Shown here piece by piece: positions 19,027-29,372 of a stretch of DNA of 64,000 bases. Every line of letters starts with the position of its first letter. The first letter of the stretch is position 1. A program made the position numbers and the translations under genes. The notes beneath the pieces are model-generated. The model searched no databases. It worked only from the letters and a program-made list of their open reading frames with translations, and was not told the DNA's origin. The DNA comes from Candidatus Latescibacterota bacterium (GTDB lineage Bacteria; Latescibacterota; UBA2968; UBA8231), in contig CBDETY010000003.1 in the NCBI GenBank assembly GCA_965243025.1, positions 608,001 through 672,000 on the forward strand. Reading direction: 5' to 3'.

Positions 19027-22000
19027 ATGGACATCATCTATGGGCGAATCCGGTTTCGGAGGACGGTCGCGGGACTCCTGTTCCTGCTGCCCGTCACTCT
19101 GGCCGCACCGATCGACCTTGCCGGGGCGACCAGGCCGGAGCCGGCATATCGGTTTACCGCGGACTACAATATCGTCGGCGATGTGCCCATTTCCCGGTTT
19201 GCCGCCCTGCCGGTGCGCGAAGAGCATCCCGACTGGTCGCCCGACGGCCAGTGGATCGCCTACGGCGTCAACCGGGACGGCAATCGCGACATCTGGATCA
19301 AACCGGTCTCCGGGGGCGACCCTGTGCGCATCACCTCAGACCCGGGGAACGACCGGGTGCCGAGGTGGTCTCCCGATGGCGGCAAACTGCTCTTCGCCTC
19401 CGACCGCGGCGGGCGCTGGAACCTGTGGACGGTGGCCCCCTTCTCCGGTGAAAGCAGCCTGATCAAGATCACGAAGGATGAGGACGCAGTCATTTCTCAT
19501 GCCCTCCCGGCCGGCTGGTCCCCTGACGGCAATGAGATCGTCTTTACCGGGTCGCGAGGTGGGTATGAGCTCTGGATCGCCTCCGCGGCCGGGGGTGACA
19601 GAAGACAGCTCGATACGCATGGACTGAGAGGCTGGGATCCGGACTGGTCCCCGGACGGCCGCTGGATCGCCTTCAACGCGCACGGCGAGGAGGGGTATGC
19701 CAAGTTGTGGGCGATACCGGCGGCCGGCGGCGAGGTGCGCCGGCTGACCTCCCTGGCGCAGAACAGCTACAATCCGGCGTGGTCTCCCGACGGCCGCTGG
19801 ATCGCTTTCACCGCCCGCGACCAGGGGCCGTTCAACCTGTACGCCATCCCGTTTGCGGGAGGCCCCCTCGTTCAGCTGACCGACTCGACCGCGGGGCACA
19901 TCGGGCCCAGGTGGTCCCCGGACGGCGGCAGGCTCGTCTTCGAGTCCCACAGGGGGGATATCGCCATCGCCGAGGTGGGCGACCTCGACCTCGCCGAAGA
20001 ACGCGCGGGGCGTATCGCACGGATGGAGATCGAGCATGGCGGTGCGCACTGGTACGTCGACGACGATGCGCAGGTCGGCGGCGACGGATCGGAGGAGCGT
20101 CCGTTCCGAACCATAGGGGAAGCGCTGAATGCGAGCAGCAGAGGCGACACCGTACGACTCGCAGCCGGCACCTACAGTCAGCCGCTCGAGCTCGTCAGCG
20201 GCGTGACCCTGCTGGGAGCCGGTGCGGACAGCACGCGGGTTGCCGGTGAAGCGCACTTCGGCCTGGCGCTGCGCCCCTTCATCCAGTACTACGAGCGGCC
20301 GGGGGCGGACGAAGGCCTGTTTTCGGTCGGGCTGCGGGACGTCGCGATGGAGGGGTTCACCTTCGACGGCGGGGAGGAGTACCCGTCCCGTCCCGCCGAG
20401 GAGGTCGCCGCGCAGCTGGCGCTGGCCATGGCCGCCGACCGGAACGACGTGGCCGCAGCGGAGGCCCTGCTCGAGCGCGACCCGGGACTGGCGGCATCCC
20501 GGATCCTGTCCCCGGACGCGCCGGCCGCCGGCAGCACCTTCCTGCACCGCATCGTCGGGGCGTACGGCACCAGCGCCGAAGACGTCGAGATCGCCCGCCT
20601 GCTGATCGCGCGCGGCGCGGACGTCAACGCCGAGGGAGGCCAGGCCCGGGGATCGGGCGAGTCGGCCCTCGGGTACGCCGGCTTCTTCGGCAGCCCGCCT
20701 CTCGTCCAGCTGTACCTTGAGCACGGCGGCGATCCCGACTACGTCAGCTCGACCGGGAACAGCGTCGTCTCCGCAACCGCCCACGAGGGCTCGCACGTCA
20801 TGGGCAAGCGCTACCTCGACTGCCTGGACCTGCTGATCGCCGCAGGGGGGCGCTTCGACCTCGTCCATCTGGTCATGCTCGACTACCGGGAGCGGCTGGG
20901 TGAGGAGCTCGAACGGGATCCGTCCCGGGTCGACGAGTGGAAGCCGCTCGGCCACGGGGGAGAGGGAACTCCCCTGCACGAGGCCGCCGACCACTGCAAC
21001 GGGGATATGGCTGCGCTGCTGCTGGAGCGGGGGGCCGGCGTCGACGCCGTCGACAGCGACGGACGGACCGCCCTCATGCGGGCGGCCGATCAATGCCGCG
21101 ACGAACCGGACCGCGACGGGCCGGACAGCAGCCGCATCATCCGGATCCTGGTCGAGGCAGGTGCGGCCATCGACCTCGGGATCGCGATCATCCTCGGCGA
21201 CGCCGAAAAGGCGCGGGCCCTGATCGAGTCGGACCCGCAGCTGGTCAACCAGCCCCGCCGGGGATGGACCCCGCTGGACCTCGCCGTCAGGCACGGCCGC
21301 CCCGAAATCGGGCGCCTGCTGCGGGAAGCCGGCGCCGGGTTCGCCCAGAACCTCGAGGCCATGCTGCGCGAGGCGCCCCCGGGGCACGGGGTCCACGAGG
21401 TGCTTTCGCAGAGCCCCGCGGCGAAGACCGCCCCGGGCTACATCGAGCTGAAGCCTTCCCCGTCCCTCGACATCCGCGACGAAATCACGCTGGCCGCCTG
21501 GATCTACCGGCTCGGGGAAAGGGGCACCGTCATCGGCAAGTGGTACCAGCGGGGTTCCTGGTCGTACGTGCTCCACCTGCCGGGAAACGGGTTCCACCTG
21601 CACTGGGAAGACCGGACCCAGACCAACATCCGCGGGTTCACGCTCCCGTACCTGGAGTGGGCCCACTACGCCGGCACGTACGACGGCAGCCGCATGCGGG
21701 TCTACGTCAACGGCGAGCTTGCAGTCGAGCGGGCTGTCCCGGGCAAGCGCATCAACTCGACGGACAGCCCGGTCTGGATCGGCGCCAGCGGCTACCTCGA
21801 CCGCACCCCCGCTCTCATCGACGGCGTCGAGATCTGGAACGTGGCGCGGACGCAGAAGGAGATCCGGCAGTCGATGCGGGACGGACTGAGGGGGGACGAG
21901 CCCGGCCTGGTGGCCTGGCTCCCGATGGAGGAGGACCCGCCGGGGGACCGGTCGCCGCACGGCAACCACGGCTCCTTGCAGGGAGAGGCGACCATTCACT

Positions 22001-22122
22001 CGGTCGACGTTCCGACCGACGAACACCACGCCCCGGATCAGGTGTTATGGCTGCTCCCGTTGGAATCCGACAATTCAGAAGCCAACGGCGAGAAGTCGGC
22101 GACGACCGAAGTCGAGGAGTGA
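19027..22122 (+). CDS. Secreted multidomain protein: 6x PD40/TolB repeats + DUF1565-like beta-helix start + ankyrin repeats + LamG-like domain
   Basis: Six WSPDG motifs; WYVDDDAQVGGDGSEERPFRTIGEAL; GTPLHEAA, GRTALMRAA, WTPLDLAV; ITLAAWI...WAHYAGTYDGSRMRVYVNG...IDGVEIWNVART. Confidence 0.85.
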   Translation: MDIIYGRIRFRRTVAGLLFLLPVTLAAPIDLAGATRPEPAYRFTADYNIVGDVPISRFAALPVREEHPDWSPDGQWIAYGVNRDGNRDIWIKPVSGGDPVRITSDPGNDRVPRWSPDGGKLLFASDRGGRWNLWTVAPFSGESSLIKITKDEDAVISHALPAGWSPDGNEIVFTGSRGGYELWIASAAGGDRRQLDTHGLRGWDPDWSPDGRWIAFNAHGEEGYAKLWAIPAAGGEVRRLTSLAQNSYNPAWSPDGRWIAFTARDQGPFNLYAIPFAGGPLVQLTDSTAGHIGPRWSPDGGRLVFESHRGDIAIAEVGDLDLAEERAGRIARMEIEHGGAHWYVDDDAQVGGDGSEERPFRTIGEALNASSRGDTVRLAAGTYSQPLELVSGVTLLGAGADSTRVAGEAHFGLALRPFIQYYERPGADEGLFSVGLRDVAMEGFTFDGGEEYPSRPAEEVAAQLALAMAADRNDVAAAEALLERDPGLAASRILSPDAPAAGSTFLHRIVGAYGTSAEDVEIARLLIARGADVNAEGGQARGSGESALGYAGFFGSPPLVQLYLEHGGDPDYVSSTGNSVVSATAHEGSHVMGKRYLDCLDLLIAAGGRFDLVHLVMLDYRERLGEELERDPSRVDEWKPLGHGGEGTPLHEAADHCNGDMAALLLERGAGVDAVDSDGRTALMRAADQCRDEPDRDGPDSSRIIRILVEAGAAIDLGIAIILGDAEKARALIESDPQLVNQPRRGWTPLDLAVRHGRPEIGRLLREAGAGFAQNLEAMLREAPPGHGVHEVLSQSPAAKTAPGYIELKPSPSLDIRDEITLAAWIYRLGERGTVIGKWYQRGSWSYVLHLPGNGFHLHWEDRTQTNIRGFTLPYLEWAHYAGTYDGSRMRVYVNGELAVERAVPGKRINSTDSPVWIGASGYLDRTPALIDGVEIWNVARTQKEIRQSMRDGLRGDEPGLVAWLPMEEDPPGDRSPHGNHGSLQGEATIHSVDVPTDEHHAPDQVLWLLPLESDNSEANGEKSATTEVEE

Positions 22123-22198
22123 GCCCGGTTTCCCGATTTGCTAGTCGAGATCTTGAAGATATCCTCATCACCGGCGGGGCGACGCCGGCGGGCATCCG

Positions 22199-22696
22199 AT
22201 GGACGGACATCGTCGCCACTTTGGAGGCGGCGACATGGCCTGGTATTACAAGGATGCGGTGGCGCTGTTCCTCGACCTCGCGGGGGGAGAAAGGGACGGC
22301 AGGCTGGATGCCGGGGAACATGCCTTCGCCTTTGTTGCCGACCCGGGGTATCCGTCCTGGGGCAAGTGGTGGCGGCACGGCACGGCGTCGGCGGGCAACG
22401 TGGAGAGTCCTGCCCCTCCCGAAACCCGGCTGGCGGTGCGCATTGTGGACGACACCGGCTACGACCTCGAGGCGGCGATCCCGATGTCGGCCTTGAGCGA
22501 GCACACGCAAGGGTGGACCCCGCCGTTCCCGGGCCGCACCGTCCGTTTCATGGTCTACATCACCGACCCCGACGGCGGTCCCGAGCCCTGGGGAGGCGCC
22601 CTCACCTACGCCGGCGCCGGGGGCCATGACGGGGAGCCGTGGGGCCGGCTCCGCTTCAGCGCCGCTTCGACAGTGGGTGCGCCGTACGAAGAGTAG
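22199..22696 (+). CDS. CBM9/DOMON-like sugar-binding domain fragment, possibly a pseudogene
   Basis: DAVALFLD...GYDLEAAIP...GRTVRFMVYITDPD; N-terminus appears missing. Confidence 0.5.
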   Translation: MDGHRRHFGGGDMAWYYKDAVALFLDLAGGERDGRLDAGEHAFAFVADPGYPSWGKWWRHGTASAGNVESPAPPETRLAVRIVDDTGYDLEAAIPMSALSEHTQGWTPPFPGRTVRFMVYITDPDGGPEPWGGALTYAGAGGHDGEPWGRLRFSAASTVGAPYEE

Positions 22697-23011
22697 GGGA
22701 GTGGATCATACATGAGCGGACCGGAGCGGATCGAAGGTCCGCCGCACCACCTTGCATGCAGACCAACGGTGAGCAGAAAGCATGACTCCAGAGCAGACAA
22801 GAGGATTCTGGACCCGCGCCTTCTCATCCTACCAGGAGCGGCCACTTACAGGCTCGAAGCGGCATTCGTCTATGCCGCCGTCTATGGTTCCCGGGAAGCC
22901 CGGGTTCGCCGGGTTCGCGAGCTACAGAAACAGAGGGGACTACTCTTCACCCGACCGGGAAATGGACTCCCTCCTGCAGCAGGAGCCCACCCTGCTCGAA
23001 AAGGAGAGATG

Positions 23012-23584
23012 ATGGAATCGACTGGCGAAAGCGACCGTATTTGGAAGTCCCTACTCCATGGCGAAGATCTTGAAGGATGGGAACCTGATGACCCCAGAGT
23101 TTGGTCGCGAGATGGGGACACCTTGGTCATCGATTCGGCTGGCCTCAACGAGTCGAACGCGCTGACTTATCAGAAGGGCAATTGGTCGAACTTCGAGCTA
23201 AGTGTGCAGGCTACGCTCGTTCACGGGGCCAACTTGCAGATAGACTTCGGAATAGCTGCGGAGCGCCCGACAGTCTACATGCTCGATTGGCTCAGGCCCA
23301 TGAAGAAGATGTCAATAAGCAGCTACGAACGAGGCAAGCATGGAACCAACGTGATCCAGCTGTTAGACCTCGAGATCGAGTGGGGTCGGGAGTATGACCT
23401 GCTGCTTTTCGTCGAGGGGACGTCAGTCAAGAGCTTTGTCGATGAACAGCCCATTCACGATGTCACCGTGAAGGACGATGTCAGCGGTACGATCTCCTTA
23501 GCGACCTACGGGTACCGCGCGATTGCCCGCTTTCGAGACCCTAACAGGCTGTTGAAAAAGTCCTATTTCCTAATAAAAACATAG
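23012..23584 (+). CDS. DUF1080 (3-keto-disaccharide hydrolase-like) protein whose last 5 codons are displaced by an IS
   Basis: WKSLLHGEDLEGW, NFELSV, SGTISL...ARFRDP; the native end KVRVG* lies at 25104-25121 beyond the IS. Confidence 0.75.
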   Translation: MESTGESDRIWKSLLHGEDLEGWEPDDPRVWSRDGDTLVIDSAGLNESNALTYQKGNWSNFELSVQATLVHGANLQIDFGIAAERPTVYMLDWLRPMKKMSISSYERGKHGTNVIQLLDLEIEWGREYDLLLFVEGTSVKSFVDEQPIHDVTVKDDVSGTISLATYGYRAIARFRDPNRLLKKSYFLIKT

Positions 23585-25101
23585 CCTCAGACGATTGCCC
23601 GTCGTACCCGCCCTTTTCTAGATTTATGAAAGATCCAAGAAAAACGAGCCGATGCCCCAAGGAGGCCGGTGATGTCGATGAGCAAACGTCGGAAAAGTCA
23701 GCAGCAGGAGATCTGGGTGCCGACCCATACCCTCCCCGAGACCCCGAGCCATCCGTTTTACACCCAACTCAACCGGCTGCTGGAAGAGCATGGGTTTGAT
23801 TCCTTTGTAGAAGAGCAGTGCGCCCCGTATTACGCCCAGAGGTTGGGCCGTCCCAGTATTGCTCCCGGGGTGTATTTCCGCATGCTCATGATCGGCTATT
23901 TCGAAGGCCTGGGATCGGAGCGGGCCATTGCCTGGCGGGTCGCCGATTCGTTGGCTCTGCGTCGCTTTCTCGGCTACGCCCTGACCGAGTCCACCCCGGA
24001 TCATTCGAGCCTGTCGCGTATTCGTCAGCGCCTGCCCGAAGCGGTGCACGAAGCGGTCTTCGACTGGGTGCTGAAGGTGTTGTCCGACCGGGACCTGCTG
24101 CAGGGAAAGACGGTGGCGGTGGACGCCACCACGCTGGAGGCCAACGCGGCGATGCGCAGCATCGTGCGCCGGGATACGGGCCAGGGCTACCGCGAGTATC
24201 TGGAAGGGTTGGCCCGGGCCGAAGGCATTCCGGAGCCGACCCGGCAGGAGGTGGCCCGGCTCGACCGCAAGCGGGCCAACAAGGCGTCCAACCGGGACTG
24301 GGCGCATCCCCATGATCGGGAGGCCCGCATAACCAGGATGAAAGACGGCCGCACGCATATGGCCCACAAGGCCGAACATACGGTCGATCTGGACACGCAG
24401 GCGCTGGTGGCCCTGCAGGTGTGCGGCGCCGATGAAGGGGATACCGCGTCGCTGCTGTGGAGTCTGGTGCAGGCGGACCGCAGCCTGAAAGAGGTCGGTG
24501 TCGATGAGCAGATCAGGCTGAGCGAAGTGGTGGCGGACCGGGGGTATCACAGCAATGACACGATGAAGATGCTGAGGACGGCGGAGATCCGCAGCTACGT
24601 GGCCGAACCGGATCGCGGTCGGCGCAACTGGAAGAAGGATGCGCCGGCCAAGACGGCGGTGTATGCGAATCGTCGGCGTATACGGGGAGACCGCGGCAAG
24701 AGGCTGCAGCGGCTTCGCGCCGAGCACGTGGAGCGCAGTTTCGCTCATACCTACGAAACGGGAGGCATGCGCCGCACTCACCTGCGCGGCCACACCAACA
24801 TCTACAAGCGTCTGTGTATTCATGGCGGCGCCTTCAATCTCGGGCTGGTGATGCGCAAGCTCACCGGAAAGGGAACGCCGAAAGGGTTGTATGGATTGGC
24901 ATCGGTTTTCTCGACTTTTGCCGATCGCGCAAACGCTCTTTTGGGTCGAATTTTCGGTTATTTGCGATTGTTGAGCTGTCCTTTTCGGGACCATTTCTAT
25001 AAATGGGAATGTTTAGCCTGATAACCGATTTTCTTGGGAAAGGAAATCATACATCCGCGACGTCCGGGGTTTCCGGAATAACCCGGATTTTCAACGGCCT
25101 G
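23545..25101 (+). mobile_element. Complete insertion sequence, IS5/IS1182-like, 1557 bp
   Basis: Left end CAGGCTGTTGAAAA and right end (reverse complement) CAGGCCGTTGAAAA; CTAA duplicated at 23541-23544 and 25102-25105. Confidence 0.92.
23669..25021 (+). CDS. DDE transposase (DUF772 + DDE; IS5/IS1182-like)
   Basis: GRPSIAP, SERAI, PDHSSLSRIR, VAVDAT, VVADRGY, VERSFAH. Confidence 0.92.
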   Translation: MMSMSKRRKSQQQEIWVPTHTLPETPSHPFYTQLNRLLEEHGFDSFVEEQCAPYYAQRLGRPSIAPGVYFRMLMIGYFEGLGSERAIAWRVADSLALRRFLGYALTESTPDHSSLSRIRQRLPEAVHEAVFDWVLKVLSDRDLLQGKTVAVDATTLEANAAMRSIVRRDTGQGYREYLEGLARAEGIPEPTRQEVARLDRKRANKASNRDWAHPHDREARITRMKDGRTHMAHKAEHTVDLDTQALVALQVCGADEGDTASLLWSLVQADRSLKEVGVDEQIRLSEVVADRGYHSNDTMKMLRTAEIRSYVAEPDRGRRNWKKDAPAKTAVYANRRRIRGDRGKRLQRLRAEHVERSFAHTYETGGMRRTHLRGHTNIYKRLCIHGGAFNLGLVMRKLTGKGTPKGLYGLASVFSTFADRANALLGRIFGYLRLLSCPFRDHFYKWECLA

Positions 25102-25395
25102 CTAAGGTCAGAGTCGGCTGATACGCTCACAGGTCATCCTGTTTTGATCCGTGTTATTTGAGACGGCAACCAGGGTTCTTAACTACCCGCAGGAAGTGAT
25201 AGCCGCTTTCGCCGGCACAGAACTGGTCGGGATCGTTCGCGTGAGTATTGATGGTCTTGTGGTGCGACGCTCAACGCCGAGGCAATCCAGTTTCTTGATG
25301 ACCAACGGTCTTGAGTTTGGTACAAGATTGGCAATGGGAACTGCTCCTGACCGGCGTGTCCGGCAACATCCGGCAGCTTGAGCCGATATGTAGTT

Positions 25396-27066
25396 ATGAA
25401 CCCACTGAAACCAGCGGAGATCCAGGCCGCGCTCGAAGCCGTCGAAGCCGGGGACGCCAGGAGGCTCGAGCCACTTCTGAAAACGAACCCGGCGCTCGTC
25501 CACCAGATCCTCGAGCACGACGGCCACAGCGTAATGCTCAGGCCGACACTGTTGCACCGGACCAACGCCAGGGCCGATCGGGAGCGGCGGCCCCGCAGAA
25601 GGAACAAGGGTGACCTCGACTGCGCCCGACTGCTCATCGACTACGGCGCCGACATCAACAGCCGGGTCCTGGACTCTCTGCCGCCGCTGGAGATGGCAGC
25701 GTGGACGCGCCACCACGATCTCTTCGAGCTGCTGCTGGCCAACGGGGCCGACGTGGAATGCCACACCGAGCTGCCCCCGATCGAGGTTGCGGTCGCCACG
25801 GCTTACGGCAGGGACATGTTCAAAGGCCTGGCGGCTGCCGGCGCGCAGTACGACATCTCCCATACGCTTCGACTCGGACTGCTTCGGGAGACGCGGACAC
25901 TCCTCGAGGTCGACCCAAGCCTCGCCAACACCGAGACGGACCACGGTCTCCCGCTCAATCTGGCGGTCAGCAAGCCGGGCAGCACCAAGCCAAGTCCGGG
26001 GTTGTTCAAGCTGCTGATCCGGTTTGGCGCCGACATCCACGCCGAGGACCGGTTCGGCCTGACGCCGCTGAAGGCAGCCCGCCTGCCCGGCAACGACAGG
26101 ATCGTGCTGGCTCTGCTGGACATGGGCGTAGAGGACGACATTTACGGCGCCCTCCTGGCGCGCGACGAGGACAGGGTCAGGGCAATCCTGCGGGCTGATC
26201 CCTCCCAGGCACACCCGGTCGCCGCCTGGCCCGATCGGGGGCCAACGCCCCCCATCGTCTGGGCGGTCTGGTCCGGCTCGACTCGTCTCGTGAAGATGAT
26301 TCTCGAGCACGATGTCGTCCTCAACATGTCGGGGAATCCGCTCGGCATCGCCATCCAATACGGCTACGACGAGATCGTCCGTCTCCTGCTCGACCACGGC
26401 GCTTCGCCCGAATGCGGCGACTGCAGCGGCTGGGCGGGCGTTCGCACCGGCAACTGGGACCGGGTCCCGGGGGGCGGTCCTGCACCGGACGACGATCCGC
26501 CGGTCTCGGTGCCGCTCTACACGGCGCTGCGCAACGGCACGACCGCCGCCGTGGAGATGCTGCTGGATGCGGGCGCCGATCCGAACTCCACGCTGACCGG
26601 GACAGGAACTATGGAGCTGCGCAAAAGCGAAGGAGCGTACCCATGCCCGATCCCATGGCACATCCAGGCAATCTGGAGACGTGAAGTCGATTCGGTTCGG
26701 AATGTCCGGCCCGACCTGGTTGATGCCTGGCTGACAGGTGATTCCTGGCCGAACGAGTTCTCTGGAGAAGGGTGGGATTCCCGCGGATTCGAGGCTCCAC
26801 GCGGACTGGATCCACTGGCCTGTGCGAGTGTGTTGGGCGCCACTGATTGTGTGGACCCGTTGCTCGCCGCGGGAGCGGCCGTCGAGTCGGTGAGTGATGG
26901 GGCGGATATGGGCTGGTGTACACCCTGGATCCAAGCCCCTTCAAAGACAAAGAAAAGAAGAAGTCGTAGACAGGATCAGGGCATAAGTATGGACACACCG
27001 CATCTGGTGATGGGCATTGTGGCTATTGCACGCGATGTGCTTCTCGTCGGCGGAGAGGGTACATGA
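25396..27066 (+). CDS. Ankyrin repeat protein
   Basis: LLIDYGADIN, LLANGADV, FGADIHAEDRFGLTPL, NPLGIAIQYGYDEIVRLLLDHGA, LLDAGADPN. Confidence 0.85.
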   Translation: MNPLKPAEIQAALEAVEAGDARRLEPLLKTNPALVHQILEHDGHSVMLRPTLLHRTNARADRERRPRRRNKGDLDCARLLIDYGADINSRVLDSLPPLEMAAWTRHHDLFELLLANGADVECHTELPPIEVAVATAYGRDMFKGLAAAGAQYDISHTLRLGLLRETRTLLEVDPSLANTETDHGLPLNLAVSKPGSTKPSPGLFKLLIRFGADIHAEDRFGLTPLKAARLPGNDRIVLALLDMGVEDDIYGALLARDEDRVRAILRADPSQAHPVAAWPDRGPTPPIVWAVWSGSTRLVKMILEHDVVLNMSGNPLGIAIQYGYDEIVRLLLDHGASPECGDCSGWAGVRTGNWDRVPGGGPAPDDDPPVSVPLYTALRNGTTAAVEMLLDAGADPNSTLTGTGTMELRKSEGAYPCPIPWHIQAIWRREVDSVRNVRPDLVDAWLTGDSWPNEFSGEGWDSRGFEAPRGLDPLACASVLGATDCVDPLLAAGAAVESVSDGADMGWCTPWIQAPSKTKKRRSRRQDQGISMDTPHLVMGIVAIARDVLLVGGEGT

Positions 27067-27872
27067 CGACATCAAGGATCGTCTTCGTGAGCACAATGGA
27101 CGGAGAGATGGACATCTGGACGATGGCGCCAGACGGGTCTGACCGGCGTAATCTGACGTCCACGCCAGCTTGGGAGGAGGATCATCCGGCTTGGTCGCCG
27201 GACGGGATGATCGCTTTCTGCACGCGTCGGCACGGCAAGGGCGAGATCTACCTGATGGACGCCGACGGTGGCTCGCTAACGCGGATCACAGAGAACGACT
27301 TTCCCGACCTGCGGGCCCATTTCTCCTGGGATGGGCAAACGATCCTATTCTCCAGCGACCGCATCGGGCAGGCTGACATCTACGCAATGGGTCGCGACGG
27401 ATCGAACCAACGTCCCCTAAGCAACCATCCCTCTTTCGAAGTGGAGTCAGCCTACGACCCCGACGGGTCCCGGATCGTGTTCACCACGGACCGGGATGGC
27501 CACCGGCGGCTCTACGTGATGAACCCTGACGGCAGTGACCAACGGCGGCTGGAGGCGTCGCACGGCGACGGGGACAGCCCTTCGTTTTCCGCCGACGGAA
27601 AGTGGATCACATTCACCTCGGAGCGGTACGGAGCCCAAGCCGTCTACGTCATGCGGGCGGATGCGACCGAGCAGCGTCGTGTGACGCCGGACGGGCTCGC
27701 CGCCTGGCAATCGAGTTTCTCACCAGACGGATCGAAACTGGTTTTCACCGCCCGTAGCGGCAACAACCGGCAGCTGTACCGGATCGACGTGGACGGCTCG
27801 AATCTGACAAACCTTTCCAACCACGACGCCGAGGACTTCGCCGCCCACTGGGGACCAGAACTCACCTCGTGA
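27063..27872 (+). CDS. TolB-like PD40 beta-propeller protein
   Basis: Repeated PAWSPDG/FSPDG with IYLMDADG, LYVMNPDGS; ATGA overlap with the ankyrin gene stop. Confidence 0.88.
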   Translation: MTTSRIVFVSTMDGEMDIWTMAPDGSDRRNLTSTPAWEEDHPAWSPDGMIAFCTRRHGKGEIYLMDADGGSLTRITENDFPDLRAHFSWDGQTILFSSDRIGQADIYAMGRDGSNQRPLSNHPSFEVESAYDPDGSRIVFTTDRDGHRRLYVMNPDGSDQRRLEASHGDGDSPSFSADGKWITFTSERYGAQAVYVMRADATEQRRVTPDGLAAWQSSFSPDGSKLVFTARSGNNRQLYRIDVDGSNLTNLSNHDAEDFAAHWGPELTS

Positions 27873-28015
27873 GGGAACACTGTGCCTTTGGGGAAAGGTC
27901 GAACGTCAGCCCTGATTAGAGGCAAAGCCTGCGGGCCGCCCCTTGTAACTGTGCTTGATTGCCTTGTCCCGCCGTCGCTCTCGGCGAAAACCTCGCAGGC
28001 GATCTCAGCTTCAAC

Positions 28016-29338
28016 TCACCAGGTCACCTCGACGACGTCGGGCAACTCGGTGCGGGCGCTCTCCGGCACCGACACCGACAGGGTGCCGGCCGCGAACTCG
28101 GCGTCGAGCTCCTGACCCGTTCTCAGCAGCCGCACCCGGCGCGGCTCCCCGCAGTTGCGGATCTGCGCCGCATCGTGGAAGTCACGCAGGAAGAACAGGT
28201 AGGTGATCCCCGCGCGCTCGCTGGACGGAACGCTGCAGGCGCCGGGCCAGTCCCCGCCGTAGCAGTCCTGCACCGCGGCGCCGTTGTGCTTCATCCAGTC
28301 CCGCAACTCCGACAGCAGCCGGTAGGCCTGCGGCGGCAGCTCGCCGCTCCCGGTGGGCCCGAAGTTGAGCAGGTAGTTGCCTCCCCAGGCGGCGACCAGG
28401 GCCAGCTCCTCGAGCACGAGGGAGAGGTCGCGGTACCCGGCCCCCTCGATGTGCCCCCAGCTCGGGGCCCCGAGGTGGCGGGTGACGCAGTGGTCGTACT
28501 GGTCGATGCTGGTGGTGCAGAACTCGAACGGCCGCTGCGGCCGCTTGGGCTCGAGCTTTTCGTAGCGGCACTCGAAGGTGCTGAAGTCGCCGCTCCCCTC
28601 GCCGTGGCCGCGGTCGTTGATCATGACGTCCGGCTGCAGCTCGCGGACGCGCTCGTTGGTCATGGCCGAGCCGCCGTCGTACCAGAAGACGTCGAGGTCG
28701 CCGTACCGGGTCAGCAGCTCCTCCATCTGGCCGGTGACGTAGGGACCCTCCTCCTCTTCCTGCTTCCTCTTCTCGTTGGTCACCCACTCCTGCTGCGGCA
28801 TCCCGGAGTCCGGGTCCCACTGTTCGAGCTCGACCGGTTGGTGGCGCAGGCCGAGGGTCTCGGAGTAGCCGAACGAGCGGCGGTGGCGCTCGCGGTACCA
28901 GTCCCCGGGGGAGTAGTAGAAGCCGACCTTGATGCCGTTGCCGCGGCAGGCCTCGACGAACGGCCGCAGCAGGTCGCGGCCCCCCATGTGGGTGCGGGTG
29001 CTGAAATCGCCGAACTCGCTCGGCCACAGGGCGTAGCCGTCGTGGTGGCGGGTGGTCAGTACGGCGTAGCGGAACCCGGCCTCCCGCGCCGCCCGCATCC
29101 AGAGGTCGGGGTCGTAGCGGTCGGGATCGAACTCGTCCGCCTGCTTCCAGTACTCCTCGGGGGTCAGCTTGTTGCGGTTTTCGAGCTCGGCGTCGTAGGG
29201 GGTGTCCTTGATCATGCACCAGGACAGGTCGCCGACGGCGCGGACGCTGGATAGGCCCCAGTGGAGGAACATCCCGAGGCCAGCGGTTTCGTACCAGTGC
29301 GTCGAAGGGGGCGCACCGGCAGGGGTAAGCTTTCTCAT
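28016..29338 (-). CDS. Alpha-L-fucosidase (GH29)
   Basis: GMFLHWG, AGFRYAVLTTRHHDGYALWPS, KVGFYYS, ELLTRYG..DVFWYDG, INDR, NYLLNFGP. Confidence 0.9.
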   Translation of the reverse strand: MRKLTPAGAPPSTHWYETAGLGMFLHWGLSSVRAVGDLSWCMIKDTPYDAELENRNKLTPEEYWKQADEFDPDRYDPDLWMRAAREAGFRYAVLTTRHHDGYALWPSEFGDFSTRTHMGGRDLLRPFVEACRGNGIKVGFYYSPGDWYRERHRRSFGYSETLGLRHQPVELEQWDPDSGMPQQEWVTNEKRKQEEEEGPYVTGQMEELLTRYGDLDVFWYDGGSAMTNERVRELQPDVMINDRGHGEGSGDFSTFECRYEKLEPKRPQRPFEFCTTSIDQYDHCVTRHLGAPSWGHIEGAGYRDLSLVLEELALVAAWGGNYLLNFGPTGSGELPPQAYRLLSELRDWMKHNGAAVQDCYGGDWPGACSVPSSERAGITYLFFLRDFHDAAQIRNCGEPRRVRLLRTGQELDAEFAAGTLSVSVPESARTELPDVVEVTW

Positions 29339-29372
29339 CGTTCGAGCTCCGTTTCGGTTTTGGGCGTGATGG

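Noticed and set aside
12987-22029. Long minus-strand ORFs of 800, 785 and 897 aa
   Set aside because: Antisense shadows typical of high-GC coding DNA.
23624-24994. 456-aa ORF antisense to the transposase
   Set aside because: No domain motifs; mirror frame of the transposase.
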